From a virus (lineage: Duplodnaviria > Heunggongvirae > Uroviricota > Caudoviricetes), in the IMG/VR virus record IMGVR_UViG_3300042922_000323, positions 60,977 through 124,976 of that record: a stretch of 64,000 bases of DNA; one strand, written 5' to 3'. Every line of letters starts with the position of its first letter. Within the stretch, counting starts at the first letter, position 1. The position numbers were made by a program, and so were the translations under genes. The notes below the pieces were generated by a model. That model was not told the DNA's origin. It searched no databases and saw only the letters and a program-made list of their open reading frames with translations. Positions 56,587 to 64,000 of the stretch are shown here, in pieces.

Positions 56587-57918
56587 ATGTGTGGATTATA
56601 CGGTTTCATTAACTATTCAGATAAGGAATTTAAGGGTCTTGATGCAGTTGTAGAACTGCTTGGTAAATCCTCCGCCGTAAGGGGTACAGACGCTACAGGT
56701 ATAGCGTACAATATGGACGGTAAGTTGCATATAGACAAAGATGCAAAGTCAGCTTATCAGTTCAAGTTTGATGTTCCTGACAGTTCAAAGGTTGTTATTG
56801 GGCACACTCGTAAGACAACCCAGGGAAATCAAAAGAAGAATTACAATAACCATCCGTTCCGTGGCAAAATTGGAGAGACTAACTTTGCTTTGGCGCATAA
56901 CGGGGTTATTCACAATGACCTGAGACTGAGAAATCAGTTGAAGCTTGAAAAACCAAAGATTGAGACTGACAGTTACGTAGCTGTTCAGTTGATTGAAAAA
57001 CACGGAACTTGGGGTATTGATGCCCTTAAATATGCAGGTGAAATGGTCGAGGGTATGTTCTCATTCACCTTAATGGATGACCAGGATAATTGGTATCTTG
57101 TTAAGAATGACTCCCCGCTCGTAATGCTCCATTTCCCTGAACTCGGGGTGTATGTATATGCTTCAACACAAACAATATTGTTTGAAGCCATACTATATAG
57201 CTCCGCTCTATCTTCTGAAATAATCAGCCCATTCAAGACAGGAGTTGTGAGTGCTGTTCTTCTTGAACCAAAAGCGGGGGATATATGGAAAATAAACAGC
57301 AAAACTGGTGAACTTGAAAAGTCCACATTTAAGCCATCAGATGATAGAAGATACTATGGAAATGGTTATGGCTATAACTCCTGCTACTGGGATGACTATG
57401 ACTGTGGATATGGAAGGGTGTGGGACGCTAAGGCAAACACCTGGAAAGAGAGTTCCACTAGCAGAAAGTCTACAACTACTATTTCCACAACTTCTACTAC
57501 AAGCACTGCCGCAAGCACCACTAAGAAAGAGAAGTCAAAGTATGACCCTGCAAAGGAAGCCAACAGGCTCACAGATAAGGAATACTATGACATGCTGTTA
57601 CAGGTTGCCGAAGGTATGGGGCATGATAGAAAGGATATTCGTATCTTAAAGAACTACGGATATGGGTTGGATGAAATTGAACAGGCTCTGTTTGATAGAA
57701 CACTTGATCTGTTGCTTGAAGAAGCCAAGCAAGTCGTAGGGGACAAGATAGATAATCTTGCAGGAGATACAGAACTTGATAAGGGCGACATTATAACTGA
57801 GGATGGTGCTTCTGTTAATCAGATTCTGAACGAAGTAGATGAAACCAACAAGAGAGCCGAAGCCGCCATAGCGTCGGCAACAGGAATATCATCGTCAGTC
57901 GTTATTGAAGAAGACTAG
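56587..57918 (+). CDS. Class-II (Ntn) glutamine amidotransferase-like protein with an N-terminal Met-Cys nucleophile (MCGLYGF…) and a Ser/Thr-rich, coiled C-terminal extension.
   Basis: MCG at the N-terminus after RBS GGAGG. A GATase-II-like core follows (…GHTRKTTQG…). It is adjacent to the amidoligase gene, as expected for amidoligase-GATase systems. Confidence 0.55.
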   Translation: MCGLYGFINYSDKEFKGLDAVVELLGKSSAVRGTDATGIAYNMDGKLHIDKDAKSAYQFKFDVPDSSKVVIGHTRKTTQGNQKKNYNNHPFRGKIGETNFALAHNGVIHNDLRLRNQLKLEKPKIETDSYVAVQLIEKHGTWGIDALKYAGEMVEGMFSFTLMDDQDNWYLVKNDSPLVMLHFPELGVYVYASTQTILFEAILYSSALSSEIISPFKTGVVSAVLLEPKAGDIWKINSKTGELEKSTFKPSDDRRYYGNGYGYNSCYWDDYDCGYGRVWDAKANTWKESSTSRKSTTTISTTSTTSTAASTTKKEKSKYDPAKEANRLTDKEYYDMLLQVAEGMGHDRKDIRILKNYGYGLDEIEQALFDRTLDLLLEEAKQVVGDKIDNLAGDTELDKGDIITEDGASVNQILNEVDETNKRAEAAIASATGISSSVVIEED

Positions 57919-58019
57919 ACATTCTAAGGGCTACCAACCAACTGGGCAGGTTGGTGGTCTCTGTGAGTGCCTAGTCACTCCAATGTAAATTTTAATGTAT
58001 ATAACAGGAGGTGTTATGT

Positions 58020-58271
58020 ATGGCAAGGGTTAGAGAAAAAAAGACCAAAGTAAAAATCAAATGTCAAAGCTGTAGTAAAAGTTTTCCTATCAGCGAATGG
58101 CATAAAGCTACGGAAAGTGCGAGTGGCGGAAGATTGAACCACAGGCTTCCGTATGTCCGTGGAATCAGCGTCAGGTGTCCTGGGTGTGGTTACAATCAAA
58201 ATGTAAACCGTTGCTCTCGTACAATGACAAAAGAAGGCAAGGAGCTTGATGGCTATTATGTAACTACATAG
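58020..58271 (+). CDS. Zinc-ribbon paralog 1 (KCQSCSKSF…EWH…RCPGCGY).
   Basis: Start trimmed to an ATG after GGAGGTG. It shares an N-terminal pattern with the next two genes. Confidence 0.5.
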   Translation: MARVREKKTKVKIKCQSCSKSFPISEWHKATESASGGRLNHRLPYVRGISVRCPGCGYNQNVNRCSRTMTKEGKELDGYYVTT

Positions 58272-58282
58272 GAGGTAAGTTT

Positions 58283-58618
58283 ATGTCAAAAGCACATCAG
58301 AAGGGGACTAAGTCCCAAAGGACAGTAATGCTCAAATGTCCACTGTGTGGTAAAATCCACTCAGCCACCGAATGGCACAACACAGCCCAAAAGAGGTGGA
58401 AAACAATCAGAAAACTCCCTTCCAACAAGCAAAATTGTTGGTTTGAGTGTCCTAGTTGCGGTGAAACTTCTAAAGGCATAGAATTAGTACCCGTTGTTAG
58501 TGTGGGAGGGCAAGTTACAGGCGAAGGTTGGTTCGCCTATTATCACACACCATCAGAAAAGGAGGAAGTAACAGATGTCGCAACTCAAAGTGAAGTGCCC
58601 GCAATGTCAGAAACTTAA
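58283..58618 (+). CDS. Zinc-ribbon paralog 2 (KCPLCGKIHSATEWH…ECPSCGE).
   Basis: ORF track. RBS AGGAGGT. Confidence 0.5.
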   Translation: MSKAHQKGTKSQRTVMLKCPLCGKIHSATEWHNTAQKRWKTIRKLPSNKQNCWFECPSCGETSKGIELVPVVSVGGQVTGEGWFAYYHTPSEKEEVTDVATQSEVPAMSET

Positions 58619-59480
58619 TACTGAGTTATTGTGGAATGAAACTACAGCAGAAAAAACACACACAAACCTGAAAAAGTTAAACTTAATCAGGAGTTGTGAT
58701 AACCACAGCCGTAAGTATTACTGTCCTGAGTGTGAACAGCCGAGTAAGTACAGTGAACTTGAAATAATATCTAATGAAAAGGATATAGGTAGGAGATTAT
58801 TCCTTTCGGCATATGCACAGGTGGCTCTCCAAATTAAAACATTGAGAGCGGCAGGTGTGATTACAGATACGAAGGAGAACATTTTGAAACTACTGCCAGA
58901 GGTAGACCAAGTGTATTCTCTTGTACTCCGTTCATTTGAAAATGCTGAAATCTATAATGATGTTCGTGGAGGTAATTTGAAAAGTGTATCAGGTACACTT
59001 TGCCACCTCGCAAGTTACACGTTAGATGGGGACAGGTTAAAAGAAGAACCACTCGGTGTTCTTACTTTCCAGTATGAAATTAAGAGCAACAGAATATCAG
59101 TAAAATGGAAGACACTTAATCGTGACTCATGGAGCGACCCTGTCAGTTATATAGCTATACACAGGGATAGGGCAAAGAAACGTAGTATTCTTGCTAAGAA
59201 CTATGTGCCGCCTAAGACGAGGATTGGGAGTGATGGTAAGCTGTATGTTTCTTATCCCACAGTGGACGGTAAAAAAATGCAAACCATTAAGCTTGACGAA
59301 TTCATGTCAAGACCTATGGATTTTAAGCCTAACTTGACATTTGACGAGTTCTTACAAATGCTTTGTGATACTGAAACGGTGACTCTTGCTCCACAAGTAT
59401 CATCGGTATCTCTTGAAGAAGAACCACTTACCGACGGGGCAAGTAGCATTAATGCCAGTATCGAGGTAGAAGATTTTTAA
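58575..59480 (+). CDS. Zinc-ribbon paralog 3 with a ~200-aa C-terminal extension (KCPQCQKLNTELLWNE…YCPECEQ).
   Basis: ORF track. RBS AAGGAGGAAG. It overlaps the upstream stop. Confidence 0.5.
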   Translation: MSQLKVKCPQCQKLNTELLWNETTAEKTHTNLKKLNLIRSCDNHSRKYYCPECEQPSKYSELEIISNEKDIGRRLFLSAYAQVALQIKTLRAAGVITDTKENILKLLPEVDQVYSLVLRSFENAEIYNDVRGGNLKSVSGTLCHLASYTLDGDRLKEEPLGVLTFQYEIKSNRISVKWKTLNRDSWSDPVSYIAIHRDRAKKRSILAKNYVPPKTRIGSDGKLYVSYPTVDGKKMQTIKLDEFMSRPMDFKPNLTFDEFLQMLCDTETVTLAPQVSSVSLEEEPLTDGASSINASIEVEDF

Positions 59481-59492
59481 GGCGGTGATAAA

Positions 59493-60173
59493 ATGATTTA
59501 TCTCGACAACAGATACAATTTCCGTCAGATAATAGACCCGAATAATCTAAGAAAGTTATATGTTACAGCAAACGTCACCAGACTTTTAAAAAGTATTCTT
59601 GGTGACGTTGTTGTATCTGCTCAACAGATACTATACTACGGAGAAAATCGTGAACACGATAGCTTTTTAGAACAGACCATAGCTGAAAAACTGGTATACG
59701 TCGAGGATTATAATGAACTTTCACTTGACCAAGGTGACATTTTAATTAAATTCATAAACAACAAAGTAGTCAAGATAAGTTCACCAAACTCTGCGGGGTC
59801 ACTGGACGAGAGTTTAGGGTTTGCATCACTCCCAGGAACTGAGCTTCGGGCTAGTGGCTACAGTGTTATGAAATACATAAAGGGTGATTATAATTCAAAC
59901 CCCCATGTCTACTACACTATAGACGTAACAAATAAACTTATTGAATATTTCGGTAATATTTTGGAAAAAGCCGAACAACTAATCTGGAATACTTATAAAT
60001 CTGATGATAGTTACGCTATTAAAACAGCGAGACATGCGTTAGAATTACCTACTGTGGGTTTTGAGTGTGGTATGGTAGTATTTAGATTTACTGACGGGCA
60101 CATAATGGAGATAAACACTTACGGAGACCTGTGTAAAATAACTGAATCTGAAATGATTGGAGGTGGGAATTAA
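59493..60173 (+). CDS. Hypothetical protein (226 aa).
   Basis: ORF track. RBS GGCGGTG. Confidence 0.45.
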   Translation: MIYLDNRYNFRQIIDPNNLRKLYVTANVTRLLKSILGDVVVSAQQILYYGENREHDSFLEQTIAEKLVYVEDYNELSLDQGDILIKFINNKVVKISSPNSAGSLDESLGFASLPGTELRASGYSVMKYIKGDYNSNPHVYYTIDVTNKLIEYFGNILEKAEQLIWNTYKSDDSYAIKTARHALELPTVGFECGMVVFRFTDGHIMEINTYGDLCKITESEMIGGGN

Positions 60174-61000
60174 TGGTTAACAAATATAACCTTACAAAAA
60201 CTCAGATAGCTGATATGGTTCAAAAATTTGCGAGTATACTTCCAGAGGATTTAATGAATAAAACTATCATTGAAGCATTGGAAAACCAAGCACCTGAGAT
60301 TATGAAGTCTATTGAGAGACATAAGAATGTTCCACAGGCTATAGATGCCTACATGATACGTAATCAGTATAAGTATTTGCAAATAGGTGAAGGCGAGGAT
60401 ATAAGTGATATTGTCAATTTTGATGCCAACACATTTAACTTTGAAACTTGGTCGTACAATCGTCTTGTGCTATTAGCAGAACTTGGGAAATTAAAACCTG
60501 TAAGGACTCTGAAAGGTGAGGGAAACGATTTATTTACTGTCTTCGCCTATAATAGTCACCATATGTTTGGACAACAACTTTATTATGACGGTAGTAATAC
60601 AGCATATAAGTTATACCACAAAGGGTCAATTGAAACCAGGGATAGTTGGGGAGAGAAGAGATTCTATTTCCAATACGGTTCTAGGACTTTGAACCTTACA
60701 GGGGTTTTTCCTGAATTTACAGTTGAGCCACGCAAGGCTGAAGAAGAAGACGTTGTTGTGATACCTTTATCATGGATTGCCTATGAATATGGTGACGGTG
60801 GATATAGAGTCAAGTTCCCTGATGGTTATGGGTATAAAATGTCCTCTGATATGTTTAATAAAATGTCTTTAGGCATAGATAATAATAAAGTTAAGTTGAG
60901 ACTGCCTAAGTCGGTTGCGGCTCATGCAAAAGAAAGACCGAGAACGTACCCACGCTCACTGTGGTCAAGCGAAACAAATAGTTGGGAAGATAGTAGATAA
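60173..61000 (+). CDS. Hypothetical protein (275 aa).
   Basis: ORF track. The start overlaps the upstream stop. RBS GGAGGTG. Confidence 0.45.
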   Translation: MVNKYNLTKTQIADMVQKFASILPEDLMNKTIIEALENQAPEIMKSIERHKNVPQAIDAYMIRNQYKYLQIGEGEDISDIVNFDANTFNFETWSYNRLVLLAELGKLKPVRTLKGEGNDLFTVFAYNSHHMFGQQLYYDGSNTAYKLYHKGSIETRDSWGEKRFYFQYGSRTLNLTGVFPEFTVEPRKAEEEDVVVIPLSWIAYEYGDGGYRVKFPDGYGYKMSSDMFNKMSLGIDNNKVKLRLPKSVAAHAKERPRTYPRSLWSSETNSWEDSR

Positions 61001-61051
61001 CTAAAGCACAGGGCTGTTGCTCTGTGCTTTAATTTATGTGGAGGTGAGAGT

Positions 61052-61297
61052 GTGGTAACAGTAAAGAATAATATAGGCAAAGCGGCTAATTTAAGTATTG
61101 AATTAAAACCAGGCATGACAATGTTACTGGATTGCACGTGTGTAAAACATGCTGGGAATATGGTAGGGCTTAAAGCTAATGCTACGGGCAAGGTATACCA
61201 TGTGTACCAATATGACCACACACAAGGTGTAAATTGTTATCAAGGAACATTAATGGCAGGTAAAAGGCGTATGCCTATGAAAGCTAGGATACTGTAA
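61052..61297 (+). CDS. Hypothetical protein (81 aa).
   Basis: ORF track. GTG start after GGAGGTGAG. Confidence 0.4.
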   Translation: MVTVKNNIGKAANLSIELKPGMTMLLDCTCVKHAGNMVGLKANATGKVYHVYQYDHTQGVNCYQGTLMAGKRRMPMKARIL

Positions 61298-61317
61298 TAC
61301 TTTAGGAGGTAATGTAT

Positions 61318-61776
61318 ATGGCTAACAAATCGGTTAGGATGGTGAGTCAAAAGGTTCATCACATAGTAGATAAAGACCCCATAAATGAGGGGTGCTATGC
61401 AATAATCTTGGAGATTGTAGATGTAATCTATGAAGCCAAGAAACCACTTCGATACCCGCTAATGATTGGTATTGGAGACAAGCTTAAAGCTCAGCGAATT
61501 GCAAGAAAAATGAGTACAACATACGTTGACTGTATTAATGTACTCAGAGACACCACAGACTTGGTAGTTTGTGCTACATGTGACGAGTTGTTCTTGCCCA
61601 ACTCGATGACATTTTTAAATGGCAAGAGTTATTGCCCCATATGCAGTAAAGATGCTATTTTAAAAGCTAATCTTAAAAAGATAAAAGAGAATCTCCTTAA
61701 TCAAGGGGTTGACCCCGCCGAGGTTGAACGAAGACTGGCTTTAGTATCAGGGTCTATACCTTCGGGGGTGTTATAA
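61318..61776 (+). CDS. Hypothetical protein with a C-terminal CxxC pair (about 152 aa).
   Basis: ORF track, trimmed. RBS AGGAGGT. Confidence 0.45.
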   Translation: MANKSVRMVSQKVHHIVDKDPINEGCYAIILEIVDVIYEAKKPLRYPLMIGIGDKLKAQRIARKMSTTYVDCINVLRDTTDLVVCATCDELFLPNSMTFLNGKSYCPICSKDAILKANLKKIKENLLNQGVDPAEVERRLALVSGSIPSGVL

Positions 61777-62085
61777 TTGAAAGTTAAATCTAATAACCTT
61801 TTAATGAATACGTATAATCAATGCGAAAATTGTTTATACGAACTCGTAGGTATAGTAGTGTCTAGCGGGGCTACCGATGAATTTTACGAGAAGGAGATAC
61901 AATCCTACTTTAGGGACACAGAGGAACTTATGGGTATTTTGAAGACGACAGCATTTCACTACAGAGAAACAGGCGACATAAACGATAAAGTATTTGAGTC
62001 CGTTGTGAATAAGGTGAAGAATCTCGACGAAGAAGTAAGGAGATTTAAAAAACAATATTATGCTTACAAGGAAACACGTATATAG
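61777..62085 (+). CDS. Hypothetical protein (102 aa).
   Basis: ORF track. TTG start after GGGGGTG. Confidence 0.4.
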   Translation: MKVKSNNLLMNTYNQCENCLYELVGIVVSSGATDEFYEKEIQSYFRDTEELMGILKTTAFHYRETGDINDKVFESVVNKVKNLDEEVRRFKKQYYAYKETRI

Positions 62086-62156
62086 ACCTCCAACACACAG
62101 CGAAGTTCAGCCCTGGTGAAAGGCGGGGCAATTTTTTTTCTAAGGAGGGATAGAGA

Positions 62157-62537
62157 TTGGCTATTTTTCGTAACAGAACAACTCATAACACGAGTAGGTC
62201 ATACTACCTTGTTAATCAAATAGTTACAGCAGTAGTAAATAGGAAATTTAAAGAATGTACATGTAAAGATTATCCAAACAATCAATGTATTTGTGCTCAC
62301 TGCCTGTTTAAGAAAAACAGACTGGATAAAATAAGTGTTGATACAAAACTAAGGTTCATATATGACCGAGGGAATTACAGTGTTGTAAGCAGTAGCAGTA
62401 ATCCTATCCGAAGTAATGGAGAACCTTACAAGGGAGATTTTTGTGATGTTTGTGGCAGGTCAGACATGGAATTATCTGTGTTACGCAATAGTTTAAAAGT
62501 ATGCCCTATATGCAAACATGCAACCATAAGGTGGTGA
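62157..62537 (+). CDS. Zinc-finger protein (126 aa; CxxC…CPICKH).
   Basis: ORF track. TTG start after AAGGAGGG. Confidence 0.4.
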   Translation: MAIFRNRTTHNTSRSYYLVNQIVTAVVNRKFKECTCKDYPNNQCICAHCLFKKNRLDKISVDTKLRFIYDRGNYSVVSSSSNPIRSNGEPYKGDFCDVCGRSDMELSVLRNSLKVCPICKHATIRW

Positions 62538-62541
62538 CACT

Positions 62542-62841
62542 ATGGCTAAATTTTTGTTCAGTGCTTCTCTCAGTTGTTGTGGCGGAGAAGATGTTGTTTT
62601 ATATATTCCAGATGACATTTTGGAGGAAATGATTACAAAAGATTGTGTTGACGATTTCATGTATGAAGCCGCCAATGACCTATTTAGTATTTGCTCAGAC
62701 TGCGTAGAATGGAAACAAGTTGAGGACAACTATGGATATAATGGCTTGGTTAGCAGGGAAGGAATTATTAATGGGAAGTATAATTACTCGTATTATCGAG
62801 GTAAAAACAAATATTATTACGTGGAAGGGGAAGGTGTCTAA
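62542..62841 (+). CDS. Cys-rich acidic protein (99 aa).
   Basis: ORF track. RBS GGTGGTG. Confidence 0.45.
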   Translation: MAKFLFSASLSCCGGEDVVLYIPDDILEEMITKDCVDDFMYEAANDLFSICSDCVEWKQVEDNYGYNGLVSREGIINGKYNYSYYRGKNKYYYVEGEGV

Positions 62842-63177
62842 ATGTTAGTAAGAACAATTACAAAATGGAATGAAAATATGCAAAAACAGTCAGAAGTTGA
62901 TGAAGCCCTCACAGAGAAGCTGTTGGGGGTGCTGTACAAAGTTAGAGGCATGGTAGCTGATGGTCACATAGGAATTGTACTTCCTTTTGTGGAACTTGGC
63001 ACAATGGATGATGACTCTATGAACAAATTTTGTGCTAAGATTTGCGGTTCACCTATATTTGTGAGTGCCGCCGAGACATTGTATAAACATGGGTTTATGC
63101 TTTCGTTCGAAATAGAAGTAGAGAAGAGTAGAATAGCTCTCGTAGTGCAGGTAGATAGTTCAAAGGCGGTTAGCTGA
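62842..63177 (+). CDS. Hypothetical protein (111 aa).
   Basis: ORF track. RBS GAAGGTG. Confidence 0.45.
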   Translation: MLVRTITKWNENMQKQSEVDEALTEKLLGVLYKVRGMVADGHIGIVLPFVELGTMDDDSMNKFCAKICGSPIFVSAAETLYKHGFMLSFEIEVEKSRIALVVQVDSSKAVS

Positions 63178-63190
63178 GGGAGGTAGCGTT

Positions 63191-63652
63191 ATGATTGAGA
63201 TTAAGGATGGCAACCTTTTAGCAAAAAACAATGATGGGATTATATGCAATCTCGTTAATTGTGTTGCTTCAATGAACGGCGGCTTAGCATTACAGATAAA
63301 GCTTGCATATCCAAAAGTATACGATACATACAGAACTTACTGCGAAGTCAATAAGTTTGATTTCGTTAAAATGTTAGGCACAATGATGCCTATTTGGGTT
63401 GATGGAAAATGTATTGTAAACCTATTTGGGCAGACCACCTACGGTATAGGTGCTTGCTTTATTAATTATAAAGCTCTAAATACGGGATTGACAAAACTGG
63501 CAAGGTACGCAAAGTCCATCAAATTAGACGTAGCAATGCCGTGGGGCATGGGTGCAAGAGATGGTGGCGGAGACTGGCAGGTAATTTACAATATAATTGA
63601 ATCTGCTTTCAAAGATTACAAAGTAACTCTCTACAAGGGTGGAGATTGGTAA
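63191..63652 (+). CDS. Macro-domain (ADP-ribose binding or processing) protein (153 aa; …ICNLVNCVASMNGGLALQI…).
   Basis: An N-x-V-N…GG-L-A motif resembling the macro-domain phosphate-binding loop. The size is typical of a stand-alone macro domain. Confidence 0.5.
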   Translation: MIEIKDGNLLAKNNDGIICNLVNCVASMNGGLALQIKLAYPKVYDTYRTYCEVNKFDFVKMLGTMMPIWVDGKCIVNLFGQTTYGIGACFINYKALNTGLTKLARYAKSIKLDVAMPWGMGARDGGGDWQVIYNIIESAFKDYKVTLYKGGDW

Positions 63653-63675
63653 AATAACTGGTCGGAGGTGATGAT

Positions 63676-64000
63676 ATGAGACACGAGAAGTTCGGTAGAC
63701 TTACAACCATTAGAAAGGACATAAAAAACGGTTCAAAGTTACTAGATATAAAGAATCTTGAAAATCTACAGTATATGAACCTAGAAATCGTAAAGGTTAA
63801 ACCTGATTTTGGTAGTTGGGTTTCTCACCTTTGCTACCACACAGAACTTATAAGAGATGCGTCAGCAGTGGAAGCGCAAAAAATAAAAGTTAAAAAAGTC
63901 GGAAGGTTGGCAGATTGTACATTATGGCTTGGGGTATGCCCTGTATGTTCTAAGTACGTAATCGGTGTACAAAAGGCTGAACCTTATGTATCTAAGAAAT
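63676..64000 (+). CDS. Hypothetical protein truncated at the window end (MRHEKFGRLTT…). C-terminus not seen.
   Basis: ATG after GGAGGTG. The frame stays open to the end of the window. Confidence 0.4.
   Translation, partial: MRHEKFGRLTTIRKDIKNGSKLLDIKNLENLQYMNLEIVKVKPDFGSWVSHLCYHTELIRDASAVEAQKIKVKKVGRLADCTLWLGVCPVCSKYVIGVQKAEPYVSKK

Overview
This window is a contiguous stretch of a large tailed-phage genome (a temperate phage or prophage) from a Gram-positive host that carries an S-layer, judging from SLH-type motifs on phage proteins. No host backbone is visible.

Layout:
- 1-24022 (minus strand): a complete packaging, head and siphovirus-type tail module. In transcription order it runs terS, terL, a calcineurin-like phosphoesterase, portal, a protease/scaffold-like protein, major capsid, connector proteins, major tail protein, the G/GT tail chaperone with a clear A_AAA_AAG -1 slippery site, a 2050-aa tape measure, two distal tail proteins that end in SLH-like motifs, and a large multi-domain tail lysin with M23 peptidase motifs that is truncated by the window start.
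- 24207-26415: a small acidic Cys-rich ORF, an excisionase-like ORF, a tyrosine integrase, and an attP-like region holding a tRNA 3' fragment flanked by direct repeats.
- 26.5-28.2 kb: moron-like cargo (a secreted protein and an NlpC/P60-SLH hydrolase) and a tRNA-Trp.
- 28.2-64 kb: mostly plus-strand small ORFs. Named pieces include a PIN-PhoH ATPase, an ISL3-like zinc-finger remnant, a YkgJ-like Cys-rich protein, a HAD phosphatase, a paralog pair with Met/Leu/Gly-rich repeats, tRNA-Cys, two ~190-nt tRNA-like RNA genes, two aberrant tRNA-like sequences, an HNH endonuclease, an SPFH protein, an SLT transglycosylase and a macro-domain protein.

The most striking cassette is at 54956-59480: an amidoligase (Amidoligase_2-like) fused to a seven-repeat LIM-like zinc-finger array, followed by a class-II glutamine amidotransferase (GATase) and then three paralogous zinc-ribbon proteins. 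I read this as a candidate peptide or protein-modification system.

Several repeated DNA motifs are also reported. All calls rest on reading the sequence and motifs by eye. No database search was possible.
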